Source of the DNA: Oopsacas minuta
Taxonomy: Eukaryota; Animalia; Porifera
Reading direction: 5' to 3'
Assembly: GCA_024704765.1 (NCBI GenBank)
Contig: JAKMXF010000343.1
Location: 372,001 to 436,000 of the forward strand
Length of the DNA: 64,000 bases
Shown here: in pieces, positions 35,501 to 47,000 of the stretch
Layout: every line of letters starts with the position of its first letter
How positions within the stretch are numbered: position 1 is the stretch's first letter
The notes under the pieces: generated by a model
The model's input: only the letters and a program-made list of their open reading frames with translations
What the model was told of the DNA's origin: nothing
The model's database searches: none
Made by a program: the position numbers and the translations under genes

Positions 35501-37329
35501 TGTACGCTTGTATTCCGGTCTGTTGGAAAGGCCTGGATGGTAACCGTTAACTTGTATGTATTTGTGATTGACCTTTATGTGCATGTTTATTGGAAAGTTA
35601 TCCAACTGTTCACAGCTTGTCTCTTGCAAGCAAAAACGTAATTGAACTTGTACGCCGAATTTAGTTTGCACCTAAATCAGAGGCGAAAAGTATTAATGAA
35701 TATTCGTTTGATAAAGTAGTACACGTAATTTTGTATTATAATTATTATAAACGCGCACAAATGCTAAATACAGTCTTGCATATGAGAAGTTATATACAGA
35801 ATCTTAGCAACTGGAAATAGAACTTCAAAATAAGAGAATTACTCAAAATATATCTTACAAAACTCCTTCAACCTTGCTTTCAGTAATATATTCCTGAGTT
35901 GATTACATTAAATGCTTCCTATCATTTTTATTTACAGTAGAACCTCGTTAGTATGAATTTTCGCGTATAATACGAATAAGTATTTACATAAAATCAGGTC
36001 CTACAATAGTTTTCAATTGATATTGCCCCTGTTAATAAGTACTCCGGATAAGAAGTACAAATTTCGATGGTCTGCTCGTGTACGTATTAACGAGGTTCCA
36101 CTGATGATAATAATATTCCAAATGTCAACACATAATCATAGCCGAAAATTATAATTAGAGTTATGGGATCATTATGATATATTGCATTTGCATTCAGTAC
36201 AAGAGTGAAGTCATCGTCATTTCTCAGATCTGATAGAATTAAGTCAAATTTGAAAACCTTCAAAAATATAATCATCATTACTATGTTTTAAATCTAAATA
36301 TAGAACTTAGAAATTATTTCAATGCAATGACATCGTAAAATATGCAATTAAGTGGTTTCTTATGTAAATAATAGTTCCATATCAGTGTGATGCATGGAAG
36401 ATTACGATTGCAAAATAAATTTTTGAACAAAGGAAATATACGAAAGCCAATTGGTACGAAGAATTGGACATGTATATTTATGGAGCCTCATTTTTTAATG
36501 TAAATGTCATTCCAGTATCTGTTTGAGTAGTTACTGACCATTATTCTAAGTGTAAATACGGTATTCGAATACGCAACGTAAACTTAAAAAACTTACTTGT
36601 TTTACTTCTCCAAGATGATTATCCTCAAGCTCAATTGTATTAGCTTTGATGTGAGCAAGTTGTTGTGGAGAAAGAGCGAATTTGAGTGTGGATTCATGAT
36701 GAATACCTTGGTTACCAGGGTAGTTCTTCTTTGCTATTGCAGCAAGACTTGTAGGTCGAATCAACACATGTAATTCTTCGAAAAACGTTGGTTTTACGAA
36801 CCTAAATAAGAATATAATAAAACAATAATACGTCATAAATGACGTCATACACTAACCTTACGTCCGGATGTAAAACTGCTGGTTGTGTGTGTACATGGGA
36901 GGGATGTACTGTTTGAGTTTGGTAGTGTGGTTGAGCAGGATTATCCTGTTGCTGACGTAGTGGGTTCGTGTGTAGATAGGGTGTAGCACTAGTACTCATT
37001 GGTATGGTTTCTGGTTGATTTGGTTTGATGTGTAGACTGAATGCAACACTTGAGAAGTTTGGTGTATGCGATCTGGTGTTTATTTCGTTAATTTTGTTTC
37101 TAACTGATGAGATATTCTTTGCAATCAAAGAAAATGCTCGATTCTGCAATGCTTGTTTTTTACCAGTTCGTGTCTGGCCAAATGTTTGCAAAAATTCCTG
37201 TAAATCAGAAACTCGAAAATGTTGCACCATACGACGTAGGTCTGCAATCTCAGATACTTGAGCTCTGTTTTGGGAGTTGGAATTGATGGTTTTACGGGGT
37301 TTTAGACTTTTTTCATAAAAACTACTCAT
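32525..37329 (-). CDS. PIAS: PIAS-family E3 SUMO ligase (SAP, PINIT, SP-RING, SIM); 3' exons less certain
   Basis: SAP: FRVSDLQEFLQTFGQTRTGKKQALQNRA. PINIT: HPDVR..FFEELHVLIRPTSL and [72 protein letters not shown]. Confidence 0.92.
35129..35212. mobile_element. MITE family B, 84-bp minimal copy in a PIAS intron
   Basis: TA|CAGTAGGCTCTCGTTAATACG..CGTATTAACGAGACTCTACTG|TA. Confidence 0.8.
35935..36103. mobile_element. MITE family B copy in a PIAS intron
   Basis: TA|CAGTAGAACCTCGTTAGTA..TATTAACGAGGTTCCACTG. Confidence 0.75.
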
Positions 37330-39307
37330 CGTGAAATTTCAAATTATTACAAAATATTTAGTTACGTCACCCTCTTGATTTTCGGGGCTGATTCCCAGAC
37401 CTGTTCCTATCAAATTGGTTTATTTCAATTTGCAAAGAAAAGAAGGAATACTTTTTATATGCACTATCCAAAATAGGCACATACCATATAATATGTTACT
37501 ACAAAAGTAAACTTAGTTCCCTTTTGTAATGAAACTATCGGGTTTCTATGGCAATGTGAATGCGGTTTGGCATGTAATACAATAAAGGGCTTCTTTTTAT
37601 GTTAAATTCCAATCCCAGGATTCAGTTACTGCAATGTGAATGTACAAAATTGCATGGCAATGGAATATATTTGAATTAGATGGCTGATAAAATTGGCATT
37701 CTTGGGGTTTCTAGTATGGCTTGAATGAACTCATACGTAAAAGAAGCTATGTAATGCAATTTACATTCACACTAATAGCTAGGCTGAATGTACATACGTG
37801 GAGCGAGTATAATATATGATTGTCAGTCAAATCCTCTGATCGACAGCTGGAGGCGAGTGTATAACTAGTACAAGAAATCCTCTGGATCCACAAGCAATAA
37901 GAAACAAATAAGAAGGTTGTAAAATAGGTACGAGTTGACTGTCCCCTTGTAAATTAGGGTATTAATCCGCTTTTTCTCAAGTGCGGTCAGGACCGGTCGA
38001 ACGATCTATAATGGTATATACCTAAGCCTGAAATTGTTGGCTTAATGGCTATGTATCTAGAATATAAATATACAATTATTAATAAATAAATAAATATACT
38101 ATAAAGATAGCCAACAATTTAATGCTGAGCCAATATGCAAATGTCCCGCCAAAACTTGCCAAAAACCTTAGGGTGACTGAACACCAATTGACCAGGTTAT
38201 TGATGTCGCTCTGGACCGGACCGCCGCAACACTAGGGTATTTCCGACTAGCAGTACCCTTCTCAACTTTTCATGGGCTATGGCCACACTTTTAGAAATTT
38301 TTATCATAACGGTTAGAAAATTCATATACATTACACATTGATAGTAGTTTTAGCTTTGATTTGTATTACAAGCGAAGAAATATTTCAAATCACGACATGA
38401 AACTGGCTAATAATCACAACTGTGTGTAATATCGATAAGTCGAATTATGGTTGAAACCTTTTTGTTTCAGCTCCACTGCCCACTACTAGTTCGGCTACAG
38501 CACGAATATTGTCAGTATTGTAAATTTGTCAACATTCATCAATTGAATCATGCTAAGTAATCATGGATAATCACTTCGTCCAGTATATTCTCGTATCAAA
38601 TTCGACAAAAACACATTAGTACTTTCAGTTCAGAATAGAAATAAAAGAGCGTAAATAATCCTGCTTTAGATGATAAATTAACGCTTAACAAACTAATAAT
38701 TATGTTAGCTTACACGCACAATTCCATTCACTAATTAACTAATTGATTTACCTGGAATAAATGTATACATATGTACCAGGTGTCGCCACTAGGTAGTTTT
38801 CCAAAAATTTCGTGTTTTCTGCTAAGCCAATCATTCAGATAAACATTTTGACAAATAGTTACAAACCACTGCGTAACTTTGCATTCAATTTATACGAATA
38901 ACGTATTAGACAACTGAACTATTGGGTAAATATTCAAAATAGTAAAACTGATTGGGTGAGAATCTTAGTTTTAAATATTTCTATGAATCATACAGAATGA
39001 CTGCAGACAGGTAGAGGGATAAGAGCACAACCTCATGAACATATTGATTATCTTATACAAAAATACATTGTGAACCTCCCAAAATTCTAACATTATGGCA
39101 AGTAGATTAAGGATTAATTGCTAATAAAAAGTCAACCATAACTAACCAGCATTTTCTCATAAATCTATTTTCTCCCATTGTAGATATCACATATTCCTTA
39201 TCAAATGCAAAGTTGACTATCTACAGGAAAACTCAAATCAAAATTAGTCACCATTTAATTACACGACTGAATTACAAAATGCATAAGAAATATGAGAACA
39301 CAAACTA

Positions 39308-39967
39308 TTAGAAATAAACTGTTTTCTGTTCTTTCATTTGCAGTTTAGTATTCAGCGTATTATCTGTAGTCATTACGTCACGACTCTGTCCTTCATCTTT
39401 GTCAAGGAACTCTTCAGACGTATCCATAATCCCTTTCCTCTTTCTCTCAGGACACTGTCCTTTTAGGTGTTTCTTAGATCCACAGAATCTGCATGCACCT
39501 CCATTCGGGTATATTCCATTTGAGTTTTGAGGACATTGTTTCGAAATGTGTCCAGTTTGTTTGCAAATGAAACATTTCGCGAATTGGAAGAGACTGCCTT
39601 CTCCTGATTTAATCCTCAAATGACAGGAACCAGAGATATGTTCTGGAGAGCCACATATGTAACAAATCTTTTCTTTGATTTGTGTCTTACCTTCTTGTTT
39701 GAAAGGACAATCAGAGAGAAGATGGCCCGTATTTCTACAGGAGAAACAAGTTTTTTGTTTCTTTCTCCTCAGACGACGTTTTATTATTTCTCTTTGCCTC
39801 TTAGATAAGTTTTGTGAATTTACATTAGCTCCAGGAGGAGGTATTTCATTTGTCTGAGTATTATGGTGTCTCAATCTCTTTGGCTTTTTAGGAGCTGATT
39901 TTAGTTCTCCCCAAGTGTTACCCTCCAAATGTGTCTTTTTAACTTTCAGTTTTCCTGTCCTACCCAT
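39308..39967 (-). CDS. ZCCHC9: Zinc finger CCHC domain-containing protein 9, single exon
   Basis: Basic N-terminus and four CX2CX4HX4C knuckles, including FAKCFICKQTGHISKQCPQNSNGIYPNGGACRFCGSKKH. Confidence 0.87.
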   Translation of the reverse strand: MGRTGKLKVKKTHLEGNTWGELKSAPKKPKRLRHHNTQTNEIPPPGANVNSQNLSKRQREIIKRRLRRKKQKTCFSCRNTGHLLSDCPFKQEGKTQIKEKICYICGSPEHISGSCHLRIKSGEGSLFQFAKCFICKQTGHISKQCPQNSNGIYPNGGACRFCGSKKHLKGQCPERKRKGIMDTSEEFLDKDEGQSRDVMTTDNTLNTKLQMKEQKTVYF

Positions 39968-40107
39968 TGTACTTTGAAATAACTTCCTGGTTCAAAATTA
40001 CAGTATTGAAATAAATTTAAATATCATCGGTACAACAGATAATTATATAATATTCCAATAATGGTCCCGCGTACTATTCTGACCTGTCACGAGTTGAGAT
40101 AACTGAG

Positions 40108-40512
40108 CAGTGCTGCCAAGTGAATTCAGAAAATTTACCGAGATTGACCGAAAATCTACGTAGAAACCAAATTTTTTACGGAGCATTTTCAAATCCCTTA
40201 ATGAGCCCAACAGGCCTTAATTTGCTTTTACAAATGCCATTAGCTAACAACTTTTTATTAATAATCATTAATGAATGTAGATATATGGACGCTTTCACGT
40301 TTGTAAACAATAACCTATAATCACTATCAGCATGCAACAAACTATCAAAGTACTACTATATATGGTCGTACATACTTTGAGAAAATAACTCGTACATTTC
40401 GTACAAGATGTTAACAAAAATTATTACACGTACATGTAATTCGCTAGAATTAAGTAGAAATAAGTGTTCATACGTAGATAGCAGTCAAATTTACGGAGAC
40501 TTGGCAGCACTG
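40108..40512. mobile_element. hAT-type non-autonomous element, 405 bp, 14-bp perfect TIR, 8-bp TSD
   Basis: TAACTGAG|CAGTGCTGCCAAGT..ACTTGGCAGCACTG|TAACCGAG; the TSD matches at 7 of 8 positions. Confidence 0.85.
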
Positions 40513-41088
40513 TAACCGAGGTTGCTGTGAATTAAGTCAATCATACACGATGCAACAAATTCGTATCGTGTATGATGGGCTCAAGAGATTACTGAGAGTT
40601 GGCACATCTCCCTGTGTCAAGCTTTTTGAAATCCGAGTGACCATCTACCTTTGCCAACAGCTAATTTCGGGATTAATAATATAAATATACATACATTCTC
40701 CAAAAAGATATATGTACGTGTATCTGATTGAGGTTCGACCTGACCCAAATTACCCAATTATTATTTACACAGAATAATTCGTATAGTTTAAATAGTATCT
40801 AAAAATATACAAGAAACTATTAGTCAAACTCAATAACATTACAATCCAAAACATATGCCAAATGTAGACAAGTGTAATCTGTTTTTTTTGGGTATACAAT
40901 AACGATTCACATTTATCGCAAGCACTGTTAATTATTTCAATTTATAAAATCTAAACTCGGATTAATGATTAAATGTTGAGAGGACAGGTAAAAATATATT
41001 CCACCAACTTGAAGACCACTAGAACCATGGATAAAAGCACTTTTCAGTACACTTTTTCATGCAAAATAAAGAAATGCTATTTTTGATT

Positions 41089-44000
41089 CTAATCACTTGT
41101 AGACATATTGTCATCGTCTGGATATTTGCTGTGAACTATTGAGTCTGGATCTTCTTCATTCATCTATAAAAGTATAAATGTCAGTAAGTAATACACGATT
41201 ATCACGGAAAAAGTGTTGTGTAATGAGACCATAAATTTAGTTCTCATTCATTTAAATATAATGACGTACACTCGGATAGTTCGTAATAATTTTCGTTTCC
41301 CAACGGATACGTGTTATCCCGGCCGAGCTCTACTGTAGTGCATTGTATGTATAAAGAGTATAATTACTTGTTGAGGTAATGTTGATGATGATAGAGCACT
41401 TGATGAATTCGCTAGTTGGAGTATTGTTTCAATCTACAGATATACGTAAAATAAATGTAATCTAACAGGAATTGTCTGTATTTAATGGGTTAGTAAACTT
41501 ACGAGTGGATCTTGTAGAGGATTATAGGAGTGTGATCTTGGTTGTTGTACAGGTTCTTGTTCTCCTGTCCCTAGTCTAGTACCAGCCCCTACAAATGCTT
41601 CTATCTTAGGCTGTTGTCTGAGAGCATTGGAGAATGAGTGATCTAGTGAAGAGCCAAACTCTGATCCCCAGTTCACTAAAAATAATAATAAATGGATCAA
41701 AAAGATACGTATTTGCTCAACCTTTGAAATTTCATTTTCAGAGAAAGTTATTGAGATTTATTTTAGGTTCAAACGAAGTTCTATTTATTATTTAAAACTT
41801 ACTAGCTTCCTTCTTCTTCTTCTCAATTGTCTCTTTTAATTTGTCAGTTATTGGTTGTACGTAGATATGAACTCCGTCTATAAGTATTAGAAGAGAGAGA
41901 TAGACAAATTGATAATTAAAATATTGTAGTTCATTGACATTGGGAATAGAGTGCTGCGAATCCTGTGCAAAGTTAATAGATTTTGGCCTTGACATGAACC
42001 ATGAACTTTGGCATGGAATTTGACTTTTGGTTTATGGCATGAATATGACACGAACAATGAGCTTCAGGCAACGCCGTATCGCAGGATATTGATATCTGGA
42101 AAATCTGGCCAAACTGATTGAGATATAAGATGCCTAACATACCTAAACATAGAACAAACTCATCTGCTTCTCTGCTATAAGAAAACGTCTTACGAGGCAT
42201 TAGATAGAACTGAAAGTGATGATTATCGGATGGATCATTATCAAACATTTTCATGAATGTATTATAATAGATTCCACCTTTCTGGAAATGTTCACGATGT
42301 TCAGCTGCAGAATCATACATATCAATCTTGCTATCTGATCTCATTCCATTTAACTGACTCAGAGCCTCTGTAGCCCGTGAAATATTTCTAGGAATATCCT
42401 CTGTCTGTCTGTCAGATATAGGATTAAATAATGCTCTAGATGGAGGAGGGCTTGTGCTGGGTATAACTGCTTCTATTTTCTCTACTACGATACTATCTCC
42501 ACTTGATACCTGAGGAAGATGGAGGATAATGTATAAACAGATTTATAATTAGGTACGTATAATATTCAGATTTAAGATATGAAGCTTTTCTAAACATTAC
42601 TATAATTAATCTAGGAGTTTAATAATAAGAGATAAGAGTAAACTGAGAAGTACCCTCATTGCATATACTTCTATACGTGTACTATTGTACATATATGTTT
42701 CCATATTGAGTAACTAAGCAAGGGAATTCGGTATTTCAAGTTGTCTATGCAAACTACTGTTGTTATCATGAATATATATAAATTAATATAAATCAAAAAT
42801 ATAAGTCTTAGAATTTAAAATATATCCTCAAACAAATAATTAACCGAATATGTCCGGGAAAATGTGTGATTTTATGACGTCAAAAAATCTCGTAATTGAT
42901 TCGGGAATTGGTTAAACCGAAGAGGTAAAATTTTAGTATTCCTTCAGCCGTAATCGGTTAAATTCGTTCTACTATCAATAGCAATAGTTCAATATCCATT
43001 GACGTGTAATAAATATCTCTAGAAGGGAGGGTATTAATTCCTAAAATGTTAATAGTCCAAGTCAATAATGAAAGTATTAGAATAATATTAATTAGCACTA
43101 ACAATAAAATATTTAATTAATATTGTCAATTATCATTTTCACAAAATAATGAATTGAGAATGGAAAGTTTACTGAATACAGATTTCCAAGATCAGATAAC
43201 AGAGATCCGAAGCAAGATCCAACATAGCTTCAGGAGGGCATACGAAGCTCTAGATATTAGAGAGAGTAACCTCCTCTCTCGTGTTAATGAAATTGGCTCT
43301 AAATAAAATAAAACTCTCAGCTCTGGAACGCTTAAATCGAATAAAGCAACTGACACTCAAACGGAAATTTCCATTTCAATCGATAGCAAGATCTCAGAAG
43401 TACAGCTAATACAGATTTTAGTATTGATTTCAAATGTGACAGTCAATTCGAAATTGAAATAGAGCAGCTAGGGAGTATTAAGCTTAACGGTCTGTCAATC
43501 GTCTCTCCTACCCTTACCCTCCCTCCTCATGCGAAGACTGTCATACCTGACTACAAGGCTAAACAGCTGCCTACTGCTTACTGCTGTAAGAAATCTTCCG
43601 GGCAGAAAGCTCCAGGAGGACTGAACGGTCCCAGAGGTATAGCAGTACATTACCAAACTGGGAATATATACATATCGGAAGAAAACAACGATTGTGTACA
43701 GATATTTAGCTGTAACGGAGACTATCTCTCCATGTTCAGCGAGGAAATGAATAAACCAATAGGTATCTGTATATCTCAGAATACAGTACTGGTTACACAA
43801 TGGAGTAGTCATTGTAGTGTTGGTAGTAAAGGCAGTAGTGAAGTACAATTCAGTTATCCATACGGTATAGCTGTATCTGATAGAAATAGCAATGTATACG
43901 TTTGTGATTCTAATAACAACAGAGTTCAAATCTTAACTCAAGAACTCAAGATACATTCCATGCTTGGAGAAGGCTTGTTCACCCTCCCTCGTGATGTTAA

Positions 44001-47000
44001 GGTTACAAGAGACAGAGTATTGGTTCTAGATAGTAGTGATCCATGTATGTTTGTATTCAATTCAGATCACGTTCTAACCAACAGACTGATAACTCGAGGT
44101 GATGGCAAACAAATGAATATTCCACTTAGTTTTGACATAGACAGAGAGTATAACATCATTATGAGTGACTTCCATAATCACTGTGTGTACATATTTAATC
44201 AGGAGGGAGAACAGATTCACATGTTTGGGATTAAAGGTCAGGGTATTGGTGAGTTCTATTACCCATTCGGGATAGTGCTAGACAACACAGGACACATTAT
44301 AGTTGTGTGCAGGAAGAATATTAATTGTCTGCAGTTCTTTTGATCTTTCTACTGATTGTATTACAATTCTACAAGCAATTTTATTGTCTGAAAATTTAAT
44401 GTTTTCTTCTTGCAAATGTAATCAGTTTAATTTTCTGCATATAAGTAAATGTTTGTAATCACTAATATAGATATCTGGCGTCATTGGATCCGTTTATTGG
44501 GCCGTTGTAATTTAGAGTTCGAAATATAGACCCAATGGAGGGTATAAACTTTATAACACATTTCCAATGAAACAGGTACGAGGTAGAGACCGTGTCTAGC
44601 ACGCCAGGGTGGTTTACGAGCCTCTGCTCAGCAAAATACAAGCAAAATTACACTAAATCAGTGGTTCCAACCTATTTTCACCCGGAGACCCCCCCTATAC
44701 CAATTTTAACACCCTCCCATAGACTACAATACAAATTTTGAGATCATGTAGACCCCCTGCTGTCGTCTGCGGACTACCAAGGGGTCCATGCACCTCAGGT
44801 TGGGAAAAGCTGTATTAAATAATAATAATAACTAAGCTACACACACACACACTGTATAATGAATAAACTAACCACAAGAGGATCATCAAGCTCCATTTTA
44901 ATCGGTCTAGGAGGAAATCCCATCTTAAACCTCTGCTTACTCTCACAAATACCAAACTCAACTTTAGCTAATCTGACTAAAGTACTGAATGTTAAATCAG
45001 GTGTAATCTCCTGTACTACATGCTGAGCCTGTGAGCCTTCTTGTTTGTAAGTTAGTTTAAATGTCTTCTTTACTACTGTCTTTGGTTTAGTGGGTGTAGT
45101 AGCAGTAGTATCCTTGATGGGAGGTTTGGAAGGTGATAATGGACTCTTTTGTGAAGTCTGGAAAAGGTAGGATTTATAATATACCGTTAGAGACGTTTAT
45201 TATTAATATTCTTTTATTCTGAAGCAAGTCAGTGGCACTATAGCCTTATAAATTATTTCCATAGCATTTGTATTAAATTGAGTTCGCTTAATAACAATTC
45301 TCTTTATTATGAACCAATAATCGTTCTCATGAGAGTTTCTAATAAGCTACCCTGGTTGCAAACAGGAAATCTCGAATGTATACTCCAATACCAGAGTATG
45401 TCATCAAGTAGCCATTAATGCTGTGTCCAAAAAACAACACTAAAATCTAAAATTACTACCTGTACTGACAGCATAGCATATTAATTGAATTTATTTACTG
45501 CATTATTTGTATTGAGATTAAATTTTCTAATTAATGTGTCAATGTAAAAATAAATAAATTCAATAGCTATACTTTGCTATCTGAAAAGAATGTAATTTTA
45601 GATTTTCGCTGGCTACTCAAGATTGAATATTAAATTAAAAGGAAACAAATATTAATAATCAAACACTGTGTATATTCAAAACACGACCAGGGGGAATACC
45701 TAAAACTATCCTTGCCTATACAAGAAAAAGTTAAAAACTTATTTCTCATCAAGAATAAACTCAATTTGACTTTCGTTAAGAAAAGTTCTAGGTGAAGTGG
45801 GACTCAGAGAATCATCTTGAGAATTCGCCCTTTCAAGGTCTCTCTCTAGAGCGTTTATACGTCTCTTCAGAAGATTAGCGTCTTCAGGAAAAGTATCTAC
45901 ATTATCAACTTCAAATAAATTCTTCCCAGTAGGGTCTTAAGCATATAGAATACAATAGGTATTCCAATGATAGAAGAGGTTATTAGAGAAGATAGAACAC
46001 CGAATAGAGAAGCGAGAGCTACTTTCGTGTCATAATCTGATACAAAACCAAGCACGAACGAAATCAAAATCGCGAAAAATAGCGTATTATACATGATAAG
46101 ACCAATAATGAAGGAATACCTTTGAGATTTATGTGTGACATTTCGCAAATGGTAAGCTAGGAACACACAAATAATCACCAACGCAACTTTAATCGCGAAT
46201 AAGAAAGATAGAAACGCGCTTATTCGAAAATCACATTGATAAATTCGAAATATAGGAGGATCTGTGATATGAGATAGAACATCATCAGAAAGGTATAAAA
46301 TAGGATTAATTCCATACCAAATCAATATGATAAACGTATCAGCTAATGCTAGCATGATAGGGATAAGCACTAGATAGCGAAAACTCAGCTGTCTACGAGA
46401 TTTTTTTTGGTACCTTTTCAATACCCATAACGCATACAACTTCAATGATTTTGCCAGAACTCCGCCTAGTATTAAACTCGTAGCAGTAAATCCTAACCAA
46501 ACTAGCATATGGCAGTATATGCTACAAACACGTGCGTGTGCAGTGAATGGAGTGAATTTCCCATCAACATTAAGAAGGACTGCGAAAGCAAGTAGAAACA
46601 GGTTTGATACTAGAATGAAATACTCATGGCAGGCTCGCTATGTCTTGCTGGAGGATACTGTTTGTAAACACCATATGATATTATCGCGATATACATGGTT
46701 ATGTAGATAGCAACGAAAATGGAAAGAAGACTTATGAACGTGAAAGTGATAAAGCTCGAATAATGATCTTCAATTCCATCTGATCTGTATTTCCAAAACC
46801 GAAATGCAGTTTTATTAATCAATTCAACTTCAGAAAGATCGCTAAGTTCAGAGAGCTCATAAGGCAGATTAACGTATAAACCTCTGAATTCATAACTATC
46901 ATTTGTATATTCTATCAATTGCACTTCACGGGAAACTCTAAATATTTCCATAAACGCAACTTGTCCAGTCAAGCTATCGAATGTAAGATTCAAAACATTA

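Noticed and set aside
41973-42140. C-terminal extension of ORF 41973-42344 (GMLGILYLNQ..AKIY)
   Set aside because: Read-through into an intron: the TTAG|GTATGT donor near 42140 splices in phase to DGVHIYVQP, which continues the VCPIP1 homology.
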